Part shown: piece by piece, positions 12,471 to 24,216 of the stretch
Numbering within the stretch: position 1 is the stretch's first letter
Layout: each line of letters opens with the position of its first letter
Source of the DNA: Fistulifera solaris
Lineage: Eukaryota
Reading direction: 5' to 3'
DNA length: 64,000 nt
Assembly (NCBI GenBank): GCA_030295235.1
Contig: AP026128.1
Span: 1-64,000 of the forward strand
Position numbers and translations under genes: made by a program
The notes under the pieces: model-generated
What the model saw: the letters and a program-made list of their open reading frames with translations, nothing else
What the model was told of the DNA's origin: nothing
The model's database searches: none

Positions 12471-14035
12471 ATGTCTTGCCTCCCGTTTGACACTTTGCAC
12501 GACTTGTTCAGCTATCATGAAGCCAAATTACGCGGTCAACCGCAACACGATTTTCGTCTCGGGTCATCCGTCGTGCAATTGCGTCTTTCTGAATCGTGCA
12601 CCTGTTCATCTATTTACCGACAAAGCAATAGACATGCAGTCGAGGTAGAGTTTGTTTTGATGCGACGGCGATTTGATGATCGGGGTTTATTTGTGGCAAT
12701 TCATGATGACTCTTGGGAAAAGCTGATTCCAGCGGCAACACAGATGCTGAGTTTACCGGACGAGTATTACGAAAAACTGGTCTATTGTCGTGCTTTGCCA
12801 TCTCATGTGTTACAGCAACTATTGCCCTTGCATCCATCGCGACGACAATGCTTATTTTGGGATGCTTCTTTCTCCAATAAGGAAGTCGCATCGTTGGCTA
12901 CTCTAAAAGTACCTATTCATCTCATTTTGCATCCTGGAATGTTCCAGAAAATGAAGAAACAGAGAAAAACCGCTAAATCTGAAAATTCACAAGAGCAAGA
13001 GAGTGATTTTGGCCAGCACTTTGTTCAATGTTTGGCAGAACGCACCAGCCCATTTGGCTCCTTGACCATTTACGAGAATGCATTTTCCGATACAGCCTGG
13101 CAACAATTTTTGCAACTATTAAACATGGAAACAACAACACCGATGCTCATACAAACACTGGAATTGATTGAACTAGACATACGCGACGCATCACTCCTAT
13201 CGAATGCCCGTGTGGAGACATTATCTTTATCGCACTGTTCTTTGGCGGATGATGGAGAGAGCTTGCAACAAGCACTGGAGCAGGGGGAGTGGTCCGACGC
13301 GTCTCGTGTTGGATCAAATTGTTGGCTGGGAAGGACGTTTGCATCATTCCCGCAAGACGGTACCTTTTGACGCGTGGACGAATCTCATGTTGACGTTTGC
13401 TAAACCGACCTGTCGGATTCAGCATCTGGAATTGGGGTCATCTCCCTATTACGACATTGGTGGTTTCTTTCTGGCTTTCTTGGAAGGCCTGGCACACAAT
13501 CACAGTCTTGTATCACTGGTTATTCGGAAATACGATGGTACGTAGTAGAAATTGGACGGTTGGCATTAAAGTTTGTTCGCCTATTTCTCATGAAGTCGTT
13601 TTCTCTCCAGGCATACTCAGTTTTTGGGACGACTTGGCAGACATTGTTCTCCATCACAAAACCTTACGAAGCATTGACTTGATTTACGAATCCACGGTGT
13701 GTCACGATGCAGCCCGTATGTTTCGACCGCTATCTCGTCTTTTGGACACGAATCGGAGCATTGTTATCTCGTACGAAGGGAAGAATCACAATCGAACGTT
13801 TGAACGCCTGATTGTACCCAAATTACGCATGAATCGTTTTCATAATGGCACACAAACACTCGGTCAAGTTTCTAGTGATTCTTTACTAGCATATTTGTTT
13901 GCACAAGCCCTGATCGGTGGATGCCGGGCAACGAACAACGTTGCGATAATGTTATCACAACAAGATTACTTGTTACGCACTTGGTGGTTGCTATCACGAA
14001 ATACCGACATACTGGTGAATTTCTTGCAGCGATAA
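12471..14035 (+). CDS. RNI/LRR-like lineage-specific family protein (frameshift near 13285; intron 13538-13610)
   Basis: ORFs 12366-13370, 13204-13545 and 13397-14035 join via a frameshift at a G-run and a GT-AG intron; VETLSLSHC, IQHLEL, LVSLVI, NRFHNG...LLSRNTDIL. Confidence 0.7.
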
Positions 14036-14124
14036 GAATAAGATGATTATAAAATACTAAGGAGGAGTTGCCTATATCTTACAGACTAGACAACCCGACG
14101 GGACTATCAATCAACTAAGGATGC

Positions 14125-14606
14125 CTAACCATCAATGTTGCGTTGTCGTTGACTGCTGATACCAAAGATGGGATTCATGTTGTGATAACGCATGTAAGCA
14201 CGCGTCGCTGCTTGGTATTCCGGGTCCATGGTGAACGGAAGCTTTTGGTTGGCTAAAGAATGACAAAAGAGAAGAAACATAGAAATGGTGAGTCTGTAAG
14301 GTCTGTCTGTCTACACGATCCGAACAAAACAAGTCTGTTTCGCTTTGCTGTTCTTTTGAAATCGAAACATGCCGTCAAAGCTAACAGTTTTCCATTCTAT
14401 CTCTTCATTTACTACGTACCAACTGGAAGATAACACAATACCAAGGAAAAGAGGACACCACCCGCCATGAGCGGTCCTTGACGCATGCGCGAAATCTTCT
14501 CCAACGTCGCTTTACCAAACAAGCCACCGCCCTGTGTTCCGTAGGGACTGCGATTCAAATCGGTACCAGGACCGTACGGAGGAGGTTCATACCAAACGCG
14601 GACCAT
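14125..14606 (-). CDS. Cytochrome c oxidase subunit IV family protein (COX4/yeast Cox5-like), 104 aa; exons 14606-14420 and 14252-14125
   Basis: Spliced product has one TM followed by LPFTMDPEYQAATRAYMRYHNMNPIFGISS, resembling the COX IV C-terminal pattern P.T...EW......YM.....NP..G.S; GT-AG intron 14419-14253. Confidence 0.7.
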
Positions 14607-14968
14607 TTTGGATAAGAGAAGTAAAGAAACAAACGAATAATAGAAACGATTCACCGCAACGCGATGACTTTTTTGTGCGTGTTATTTGCGCTGCGGCGAC
14701 GCCGCAGCAGCGAGTGCCGAATGCGAACTTTCGCGTTTCCCGAAGATTGCATCATCAATGTCGCAGCATCACATAACACGTCACCAGAATATGACCATCC
14801 GCCGTCCGTCCGTTCCTTCAGACATGAACGCCATAGTTACCGCGTTACTAAAAGAACCGAAACACGCAGTCTTTATCGTTGCTGCTGCGGCAAACACGCA
14901 GCGAAACGCAACAAGGACTTTTTTGTTGTTCATCATCATTGTATTTCCTGTATTTTGAATAGATAACA

Positions 14969-16172
14969 ATGCCGTGTAAGTTTTTCTATGAGTTACAATT
15001 GAAAATAGCAAAGAGTGGGCAGAATAAACGAGAGAAAAATGGAGGAACAACAAGCGACCGAGCGAAAGAAATGAACGCGCTGTTGGCTGTTTGCGGCTGT
15101 TAATTCTATCACTGCAATCAGACCTTTTTGTTATTTTATGAAAAAGAAAAACGGGGCGCATTAGGGAGCATTGGCTAAATCAGAAGCGCGCCCCTGCCTT
15201 CGCCTTTGAACGTTTTGCATTTAGATTCATCATCAACTAATTTCCTTTTTCTTTTTTTCCATTTCTTTTGCAACAACAACAGCCCTGAAATTACAAAAGC
15301 GATTGGCCGCCGACGTCCTCAAAGTCGGAGCTAAGAAAGTTTGGTTGGATCCCAATGAAATCAACGAAATCAGTTTGGCCAATTCACGACGCAACATTCA
15401 AAAGTTGTACAAGGATGGTTTGATTATGAAGAAACCCAGTGTAGTGCACAGTCGTGCGCGTGTGCAACTTCGAAATGAAGCCAAGCGTAAAGGACGACAC
15501 ACCGGTAAGTTGGTTGTTTCGTTCAATTCGTTGAATGTTGTTGCTCGCAAAAAAGTGCCTGTTGTATACTGGTGGTGTTGGTGCTTTATTTCTTCTATGC
15601 GCTAGTACTGTTTGTGCAGGCCTATACAAACCTCGTTGCCATTTTCATCATTCGCTTGATGAAAACGGCAGCAACCGGCCAGACAACCGGTCTTGGGGAC
15701 TCGACCTCCACGCAGTGTTTTCTTTGCTTTCGTGAAAACATTTGTACTATTTGGAGAGACTACATTTCGTTTCAAGAAACAAAACTAACTCCTCTTTTCT
15801 GCTATCGCGTCTTGATAAACAGGTGTGGGTAAGCGTCGTGGTACTCGAGAGGCCCGTTTGCCCATGAAGGTCATGTGGATCCGTCGTCAGCGTGTTTTGC
15901 GTCGATTGCTCAAGAAGATGCGCGATGCCAAGAAAATTGACAAGCACATTTACCATTCGCTGTACATGTTGGCCAAGGGTAACCAGTTCAAGAATAAGTC
16001 TGTCTTGATTGAGACCATTCACGACATGAAATCTGCCAAGACCCAAGAGAAGACGTTGGAAGAGCAGGCCGTTGCCAAGAAGGCCCGTGCTAAGGCTCGT
16101 TTGGAGCGCAAGGCAGCTCGGGAAGCCAAGAAACTGGCCGATGCGGAAGCGGCTGCCCAAAGCGAACAGTAA
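14969..16172 (+). CDS. RPL19: 60S ribosomal protein L19 (eL19); exons 14969-14975, 15283-15504, 15823-16172
   Basis: [28 protein letters not shown]...[10 protein letters not shown]...[12 protein letters not shown]; two GTAAG-AG introns. Confidence 0.97.
15555..15767 (+). ncRNA. Candidate intronic box H/ACA snoRNA
   Basis: Within RPL19 intron 2: three hairpins separated by ANANNA boxes (ATACAA 15624-15629, AGACAA 15681-15686); the last hairpin is followed by ACA-TTT (15762-15767). Confidence 0.55.
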
Positions 16173-16420
16173 ATTATAAAAAAGCACTATTGGATCCACC
16201 TTTTACTCTGTTATAAAATGTATTTGTAGGGTGCTGGCTATGTTTTGCGGAGGATCCTTGTGTTATTTGGAGCTAGGTAGACACCAATAGGCGCTTTGTT
16301 TCTTCAACGAGAAGCAATCAAACAATCTCGTTGCGGTAAGAAGCTTATAATTATAAGGAGTAAGAAGCTGCATTCTACATAGCGGAAAGGGTGTGTTATT
16401 TTTTCCTTGAGTACATCGTA

Positions 16421-17657
16421 TCATATCGTCCACAAATCACCTACAGTCCCTGAGAATTGATTGTCGAGCCACTTCTGTATGTAGGGAACTTGGTAGGCAG
16501 GTTCTAACAAGAGCTCATTCCCCGGGATATCAATTAAAGGAGTCTGTGTAATGAATTCTTCCCACATGTATATAGCAAACCCAAACATGGCGACTCGGCC
16601 GTTCTGTAAAAACGAGTGTGTGCGAAGACGGTGAGAAATGATATACGACCATCAATTGCGTAATTAGCAGAACCAGCGTACCAGTAACTCGCGTTCTTGC
16701 ATATTCCGTTTCATTCGATCGTTTCCACCATCCATGATACTCAGCGGATCCCAAAAACAATCGGCGGGCAAGAAAGCTTCTCCAGTTTGTGAATCTTTCA
16801 CCGCCTGTGAATAAATATCGAGATATCCCAACAGCAGCATAATGCCCGTCATGAGTAAGGGAAAGTACGGCAAGGTGACCGTCGCCTGAAAGAGAGGCCG
16901 TCCGTATTCAGCATCATCCAGCAGCAGTCGATCAAGCATTTCCTGTAAGGGCCAAAACACGGCCGCCAGCATCGCCAATCGACCGTGTCGAATTTCGGCT
17001 TCACGATAATCGCGCAAAATCAGCGCCGGAGGCCGCTCCATGGAAGGGAGTCCCCACAGAAAGCGCTGTACATTTCCGATGGTATCTTGGGTCGATAGAC
17101 GTAAGGGATCAAAGCCGTAATCGCCCGGCAATTGATCATCTCCGACACCCGCACTGACCGGGACGACGCCTTGCGATAACGCTTGTTCGAGAAATTGAAA
17201 TCCTATTTGTTGCTGCTGTTGTTGCGGTCGGCTCGTGGTTTGCTTTGTGTCGGCTTGGTCGCTTTCGATGTGATCATCATCGTCGCTGACCAACAATTGC
17301 AACAGTTCCTCCAAGCTGGCTTTCTCAGTATCATTTTCATTTTCTTCCAATTCGAAAAACAAATCTTCAAACGACTCTAGCTCATCTAGTTCCCGTTGTA
17401 AAACAAGGCATCGTCATCGTCATTATCATTCATAATATCATTGATACGTTGAGATGACAAGGTCGGAAGACTCGGGTGGGTCGTCGAGAAGATTCGCGTT
17501 GCAGGATTGTTGCTGTTGTAGGGAACGATCATTCTCAATTGCGGATAAAGGACGTAGAAAGAGGGAAGAAATAAGAAAAGAATGAAAAGAGAGGAACGTC
17601 AATGAAGTTTATAAGAAAAAATGGTTTACTTTGTATCCTGGTCTCTGTTAAATTCAT
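16421..17657 (-). CDS. Light-harvesting complex (LHC/FCP-like) protein with long acidic N-terminal extension; intron 16681-16604; 5' part frameshifted
   Basis: LPGDYGFDPL, YREAEIRHGRLAMLA, FWDPL and spliced MQERELL|NGRVAMFG; signal-like N-terminus near 17657, start uncertain. Confidence 0.85.
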
Positions 17658-17769
17658 AATACGCTTCTTGTTGTTGTCGAGAAAAAAAGGCGCGCAGAAA
17701 ATGCGTTTGCTATTTGTACCTGGTACGTTCGTTTTCTCAAACTTCAAGGATCGTTGAGTCCCGGTTCAG

Positions 17770-18744
17770 TCACGAGGCGTGCCTCACACGCAATCGTGCT
17801 GGCTTTCGCGTGTGTCGTCTCCTTCGTGGTGATGGGGGTGCGGTTCTCCGAGAAGGTCGCAATTCACCACTGGATTCAGTATCCTTTGTTTCCAGTTGAG
17901 GAGGACGGGGAACCGTTGCTTGGCGCTGTTTTCTCCTTCGGGGCGTCTCGCAGAGATCCTCGTTGCTGGAGAAGAACAGTAGACTAATATCGGGATCGAT
18001 GGTGCTTTGACTGGTTTCATAGTTCGGCATAATGCTTTCGTAGGAATCACCCGAATCACATCTTCTTTCAAAATTGTCTTCTCTCCAAGAATTGCTCCAA
18101 TCGGAACTCATACTGGAATGGTTGTCGTCGGCTACATTCACTTGTTCCAGAGGCAGCGAAGTCAGCAGCAGAGATATTTGGTCGTCATCATCATCGTCGT
18201 AATTCTTCTTTTTGCTTTGTTGTGATTTTTTCAACGAGTTTCTCTGAAACAGAGATCGCAACGTGGCTTTCCGAACTCGGTTACTTTGTGTCGACTTGGT
18301 GGATGTCGATGAGGATGTAGACGACACCGAACAAACACTGGATGTCATGTGTGGCTTACGGGGCGTCATTTCTAGCGAGGAAGGAGACGAAACATACGGA
18401 CAGTAATGTCCTCTCGAAGATTCGTCGTCATCATTGTCGACAATCTTGTTGCGAATAGGGCGTTGCTTTCGCCGGGGAGAGTGGATTTTGGTCAAAAATG
18501 CGTGCAGCCCAAATGATGGACGTCTCTGTTCTTCTCCGTCAATGATGTTCATGGTGCCTCCGCTTAATGCTCTCTCGATCAAGAAAGATTTGAACGAAGT
18601 ACGTCCTTTCAAAAGCAAAAGACCGGTTGGAAGATGTTTGCGCTTGTGATTGTGGAGCATGATAAATCTTAAAAACATCATGATGTGTCCTCTTTTCATT
18701 CCGGTGTCCAATGTCATTATCTGTCGTGCTTTCGATTTAATCAC
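17770..18744 (-). CDS. Hypothetical Ser-rich low-complexity protein
   Basis: 324-aa ORF; true start probably the internal Met of MNIIDGEE. Confidence 0.55.
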   Translation of the reverse strand: MIKSKARQIMTLDTGMKRGHIMMFLRFIMLHNHKRKHLPTGLLLLKGRTSFKSFLIERALSGGTMNIIDGEEQRRPSFGLHAFLTKIHSPRRKQRPIRNKIVDNDDDESSRGHYCPYVSSPSSLEMTPRKPHMTSSVCSVSSTSSSTSTKSTQSNRVRKATLRSLFQRNSLKKSQQSKKKNYDDDDDDQISLLLTSLPLEQVNVADDNHSSMSSDWSNSWREDNFERRCDSGDSYESIMPNYETSQSTIDPDISLLFFSSNEDLCETPRRRKQRQATVPRPPQLETKDTESSGELRPSRRTAPPSPRRRRHTRKPARLRVRHAS

Positions 18745-19727
18745 TACAACGCGCTACTTTTTTCAGAACAGCAGGTCTTCTTCCCTTCACTACAGAAATA
18801 TATCCGATATCATCGCCGCCTACAAAAACTTCTATTCATCACTGGCTAAAGCTTTCCGACGGTAGGCAGGACAATAATAAGCCCCGAAACGCCCAACAAG
18901 TTGAGTTTCCGTCTTCCCTACATAACTCACCTATTGAAACTCTTCAGTTAAAGTAAGTGTGACTGTATAGTTTGCCACTTAGTTTACGACCCAAGACCGA
19001 ATACCGAATACCGAATACGGCAGCAACAAACGGCATTGAGGCAGTCACAGCGTTACTAGTCTAGGGCATTGAAAATTGAAACGGATCCACAAAACAACAG
19101 TAAAGTAATACTTTAGGTTTTGAGCTTTCGCGCTCGGAGCGGTGATGAAGGTTTACCTAATCAGGCCTAAGATGAATTGGATTAGTAGACAGAATTTCAT
19201 TGAAAACAAGCTTACCAGGTATCATACCAAAAGCTTGTTTGCACCATCATCAAGGCTTCAAGTGGCCATTAGCTAGGAACTTCATCGTACCAAGAATCAG
19301 CTGATTATTCATGTTGCGTGCTGAGAAAACAAGGCTAAAAAAGAATCAAATATTCTCGTTCAATTTGTTAAAGCGATCGACCTAGCGTGAATGTACTTGT
19401 ATTTTCGTCAGATAGGCTTTCATCGTTGCTCCAATCAAATTATAGAGAACCTTGTTCCGAATGACTTGCTACCACGTTATTTGTACGCGGTGACACCGAT
19501 GTCCGCGGAAGGAACAATGTGGTTCGACGTGGCGATGACGTGGACAATTTCTTGCAATCTTTCGCTTCCCGCTTCCGCTTTTTTTTCATTTTTTTGGCTT
19601 CGGCATGAAACGAGTTTTTCATTTGGTTCAACAGGAAAGCAGCAAAATACGCCAGAAGTGCATGCCCTCATTACTTGCTTCGGCTACAATCAGTCCTGTT
19701 TCATTGTAAATCGTTTTTTCTTCCAAA

Positions 19728-20369
19728 ATGCCGCATCGAGCCGCTCTTCGGGCCGTCGAAACGAGGAATTTCGCCAAGATGATGCAACAACAAACGCACT
19801 TTGAGCCTCCTTTAGAAGCGTTTGTGCCTATTTCGAACACGACTTTGTCCACCGTAGATGAATTTATGGAAGCCTTTAACGATGTCGATTCGGCTGCATT
19901 TTTAACCAATGGGCGAAAAGGATGTCTTCGTCGTCATCGAGATAAAGCCGAGTCATCGTCATCTTCGCGCTCGGTTCAGTTCTCAACCGTAGAAGTTCAT
20001 TTACATGAAATGATATTAGGCGACAATCCCAGCGTGCTCATGGGACCACCTTTGACGATTTGCTGGTACGGATCTTGTCACGAAACTTTTAGTTTGGAAG
20101 AGTTCGAACAGGCTCGCGGACCGCCCAAGCGAAGAAATGAGATGATATGGAACCGCGAAAGACGAGAAAACATTCTCATTCACTCAGGTTACAGTCGGCG
20201 AGAGATCGACAAGGCGGCCGAAGCAGTCTTTAAAGCTAATCAACAACGAATGGAAAGCACAAAAGACTTTAGGAAAAAGAGATCGGCTTTTCGAAAGTTC
20301 CTTGACGTTTTCAAAAAGCCTGGAGAGCCAAAGAAAGTGGATCCAATGCACTTGAAACGAAACTTTTGA
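19728..20369 (+). CDS. Conserved hypothetical protein with RSVQF / LGDNPSV..GPP motif
   Basis: RSVQFSTVEVHLHEMILGDNPSVLMGPPLTICW...SLEEFE...RRENIL...GYS, a motif I recognise from stramenopile hypothetical proteins. Confidence 0.75.
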   Translation: MPHRAALRAVETRNFAKMMQQQTHFEPPLEAFVPISNTTLSTVDEFMEAFNDVDSAAFLTNGRKGCLRRHRDKAESSSSSRSVQFSTVEVHLHEMILGDNPSVLMGPPLTICWYGSCHETFSLEEFEQARGPPKRRNEMIWNRERRENILIHSGYSRREIDKAAEAVFKANQQRMESTKDFRKKRSAFRKFLDVFKKPGEPKKVDPMHLKRNF

Positions 20370-20628
20370 GACCAAGCTTGACTTTTCTATGATCAACCAT
20401 TTCTATCACACGCGAGCCTATACCATTTTTACGCTAAGAACGGACGCGCTGTGTTTTTTTCTCATGCAAGTCACATCGCTGCCGCATACCAGCCATTGAA
20501 AGCAGATTCGCCTAAATACGTTAAAGCAATAGCATGTATTTCAATGGTGGTAACAATGATTTGCGTTATCTTGAGGGATATAGTCATTTTATAAATTATG
20601 TAAACTGCTTTATGAATCATCAATTGCT

Positions 20629-21114
20629 TCACGCAAAGAGCTCCTTGAGAGAACTATGTTGACGTTGCCTGTTACGGGATCGCTTCCCTGTATTTGACCG
20701 CTCGCAATGAAACGCACCATGGCTATCCAGAGAAAAAGCATCGCCTTCAAAGACATCACTCAATCGCATACTTGAATTCATATCGATCGTCTCTGCGGTG
20801 TGATTGGAATCATTGAAAAGTTTGGATACGACCGATGGATCCTTGGGAACAGTACAATTCAATTCATCTTCATCCTCGTCTTCATCCTCGGTACTTAAGC
20901 TCTCCGAGATCTCAACAAGCTCGTCATCTTCTTCGTCAGAACTATCCAGCCATGTAGAAGATGAAGCATAGAATGCGCATGATACCATGCTCTCTTGCAA
21001 GCCTTTGCGCAAACTTCTTTCAAACTCGGCGAAAATCGCCGCATCGGAAAAAATCTGAATAGCGCGATTTGGCATTCGATGATGATGATTCCTCGTGGAC
21101 CCAACTGTTTTCAT
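20629..21114 (-). CDS. Hypothetical acidic protein
   Basis: 161-aa ORF with a D/E-rich centre; may extend upstream through a frameshift. Confidence 0.45.
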   Translation of the reverse strand: MKTVGSTRNHHHRMPNRAIQIFSDAAIFAEFERSLRKGLQESMVSCAFYASSSTWLDSSDEEDDELVEISESLSTEDEDEDEDELNCTVPKDPSVVSKLFNDSNHTAETIDMNSSMRLSDVFEGDAFSLDSHGAFHCERSNTGKRSRNRQRQHSSLKELFA

Positions 21115-21996
21115 ACTCGTCCATTAACAGACTTCGTTTCGATCCAGACTTGTCCTGATAGGGCATTTGCGACACGAGCGAACGCAGCTTGCTCCTCGCT
21201 TGCTGATCTTTCATACTGTGCGAAATTCTCATCATCGACGAGGAGTAGTTGGTGCAAGTGAATACGTCAAAACGAAGAATGGGCTTTGTTTCAATTCCAA
21301 AACGATGATGTGCTTTGTGATTTTTATTCTGCAAACTGAGATGAAGACGAATTATCAGAAGTCAGAAGATGAAGTCTCAGATCGTAAAAAGAAATGCAGC
21401 TAATCAGTGAGAACAATATGCCATAATTGTCTTATGAGATGTTTTTCCAGAAGAAGGGGCAATTGTCCGAAAAAATGAGTACTTCTTACACAGCTATCAC
21501 CTACCGTATCACCTATCACCTATCACCTATCACGTTCTACGTTCTACGGTATACGGAGAATGTAGCAAAGTCTTTGTCATCTAAAAGTAAGTGTACGTTA
21601 AATTCTGGTCATTTCTCGTTAATGACTAATAAATTTAGGTCAACCTCGGGACTGAAACCTCTCTAGTGACTAACGGTCGTACGACGTACGACGTACGACG
21701 TCCGATAAGATCGCTCGTCGCGGGTCGGTCGCGGCGGCGTCGACAACGACCAACGACTGGAAACGACGTTAAAATTCTGCCTGGCCGTAGGCTCTACGTA
21801 GAAATTTGTACTGTTAGGCGGAATTTTAACGTCCTTTCCTGTTGCGACAAGAAAAACGAAATAATCATGTTGACCATGATGATGCTTTCATTTACTTCTG
21901 AACAGCATCGACTCTCCAATTTTGACCTTTCTCTTTGCAACACAATCTACAAGACTCTGTTCCCGTAATTACCCGCTTACAAGAGAAACACAAACA

Positions 21997-24216
21997 ATGA
22001 GTAAGAAGAAAGACACGAAAGAAGACAATCAGATGAACGAATCCTCCGATTCGAAAGAGCAATCCTTGCGCGAGGCCTTTGAAGAGGAGCGCGATGAAAT
22101 TCTAAAACAGCTTCCGGATACTTACAAGAGTATGTTTGGGAGAATTGGCTTTGCCAAGTGGTCCGGAATGACTTTACCAGTTTTGATTTTGAATCCGTAT
22201 CATGTTCCTCCGTATCCAGTCCGTCAACAATGGTTTAAACAATATGAGAATGTAAGTCTCCCTTGCGCTGTTCTGAATTTAATTTCCATTTCCTTCTAGT
22301 CAGACTCTCGCTGACTTCTTTTCTTGGTTATGATCAATTGACGAATTACTTTTAGTGTCAAAAAATCGGAAAAATGGAACGACTGCCCTACTTGGTATAC
22401 TGGTACGGAACATTGCAAATGGACGAGGCGTACTCTTTCTTGGGGCCCAAATTAGTCACTCTTTACGAAAACGCCGTCAAGAAAAAGACGCATCAACTAC
22501 CAACGGCGATTGTAAAGAAGCAAAACGATCCTAATAAGGTGTTAAACGACAATGATAGGAATGTGGTTCGTGGCTACGCCGAAATGGAAGAAGATCTTCC
22601 CTTGGAGCCGGCCGATCGAAAGCGGGGTGTAACGGAATTCCAAGAAGATTATGAGCTCCAGTTATTGTACGAAGAGAATGTTGATGTCGAGGAAGAAGAG
22701 GATGATGTTAAAAAGGAAGCACAACCGAAAAAGAAACGAAAACAGATGAAGCAACAGGAAGCACAAAGTGACGAAGAAGACGGAGATTCGGCCAATCAGC
22801 CAAAAAAAGAAGCAAAAGAAAACGAAGCAGGCAAAGACAAATGAAGGAAAAGATGCCGATAAATCCAAGAGCAACTCGAAACCGAAAACTAAACCGAAGA
22901 AAGTCGACAGCAAGGTAAAAGAAGTGCGCGACGATGAATTTGGTTTTGACGAGGATGAAGACTCTACGAGTCAGAAACTAGATCCTGTTGAAGAGTACGA
23001 GCAGGTTTTAGCAGCCGACAAATTAGCAGTCTCGGATGATGAAATGGATGATAACTACGATCCCCCGTCGGAAGTCGAAGAGAAAGAGCCTGATTACGAA
23101 GAAAAGAAATTGTCGAAGAAGGGAAAGGCCAAAGGAGAAAAGGAAGATCGCAAACCTGTCAAAGTTGAGAAAAGAAAAAGAAAGAACCCAGACCTGCAAA
23201 GGTTCTTTCCGAGGAAGAGTTGAAGAAGCGCGAGTTAAAAGCGTTTCGCCAATGCGAGGAACGATTCTGTCCATTGCTAGAGCGGTGGCAAAAATATTGG
23301 TTGCATCTCAAGATCCAGATGGTCTTCAGAAAATTCTGCACAAACTTCTTCCAGTTGTAAGTGACTTTTCCGCCATTTTCATTGAGGCCTATGATATTTC
23401 GAAAATGTTGAAGGAGACCAGAAACGTACTAAAAGCTAAGAATGCCAATTTGGAGAAATGTTCAGAAGTGAAGGAAGCTTTTCGCGAATCGTATTCTTCG
23501 AAGAGGCCTCAACTTCCCAGCAATCTCAAGATTAGGAAGAACGTCGAACTTGGAAAGAGCGTGTCGTTTTCACCTGTAAAAGCGGAGAGAAAAGTTGAAT
23601 CCGACGAGTCTCGACCTGCACCAGCTAAGGAAGAAATGCTTTCCCTTTCAAAGTCAAATGTGAGCAACAGCAGTAATTCAGGTGCACCACGCAAAGAATC
23701 GTCATCGGAAGGTCGATCACTTTCTCCAAAACCTGCTCCAGCGAAAAAGAAGTTTAGTTTGACGAATTTGATGGCAAAAGCGAGAGTCGATCTCGAAGCC
23801 GATGACACGAAAGAATATAGAAGCACTCCGGCAACTTCCAAGAAAGCGATAGTCCTACCCGCCTGGATGACGCACGAGATTCACGATCCTTCTATTTTGG
23901 AGGACCCCCGTGCGCTGGCTTTAGAGTTTCTTTTGGACATGGCATCGTTCTTTCCTTCGTCGAAAGTGAACAAAGAAAGTATAGCAAGAGGAGTAGAAGC
24001 TGCCATACACAGAAGTGCAAACACAAAATCGTCTGATTGGGTACCTGAATACTGGAAAAAGTGCATCTGCTTGTAGCAGGCATATGCGGCAAGTTGCAAC
24101 CAACAAGGCTTTTCAGTTTGGTGATGAATGGTCGATTTGAGACAGCAGACCAATTGGTGGCACTACCAGACAAGAAACTCATCGACGCCTTTGAAGGCCA
24201 TTTGATAGATTTCTAG
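21997..24216 (+). CDS. Putative chromatin/transcription protein with N-terminal PWWP/Tudor-like region; intron 22252-22355; several frameshifts
   Basis: IGFAKWSGMTLPVLILNPY...YLVYWYG, K/E/D-rich middle and helical C-terminus (ARGVEAAIH...YWKK); ORFs 21922, 22374, 22768 and 23036 chain through A-runs. Confidence 0.65.

Noticed and set aside
15153..15194. GGGGCGC...GCGCCCC hairpin in RPL19 intron 1 as a snoRNA
   Set aside because: No ACA tail or convincing C/D boxes; a single hairpin is not enough
21495..21702. Short tandem repeats (CTATCAC)n and (CGTACGA)n; also (ACCGAAT)3 near 19000
   Set aside because: Simple microsatellite-like repeats without unique spacers; not CRISPR or otherwise interpretable
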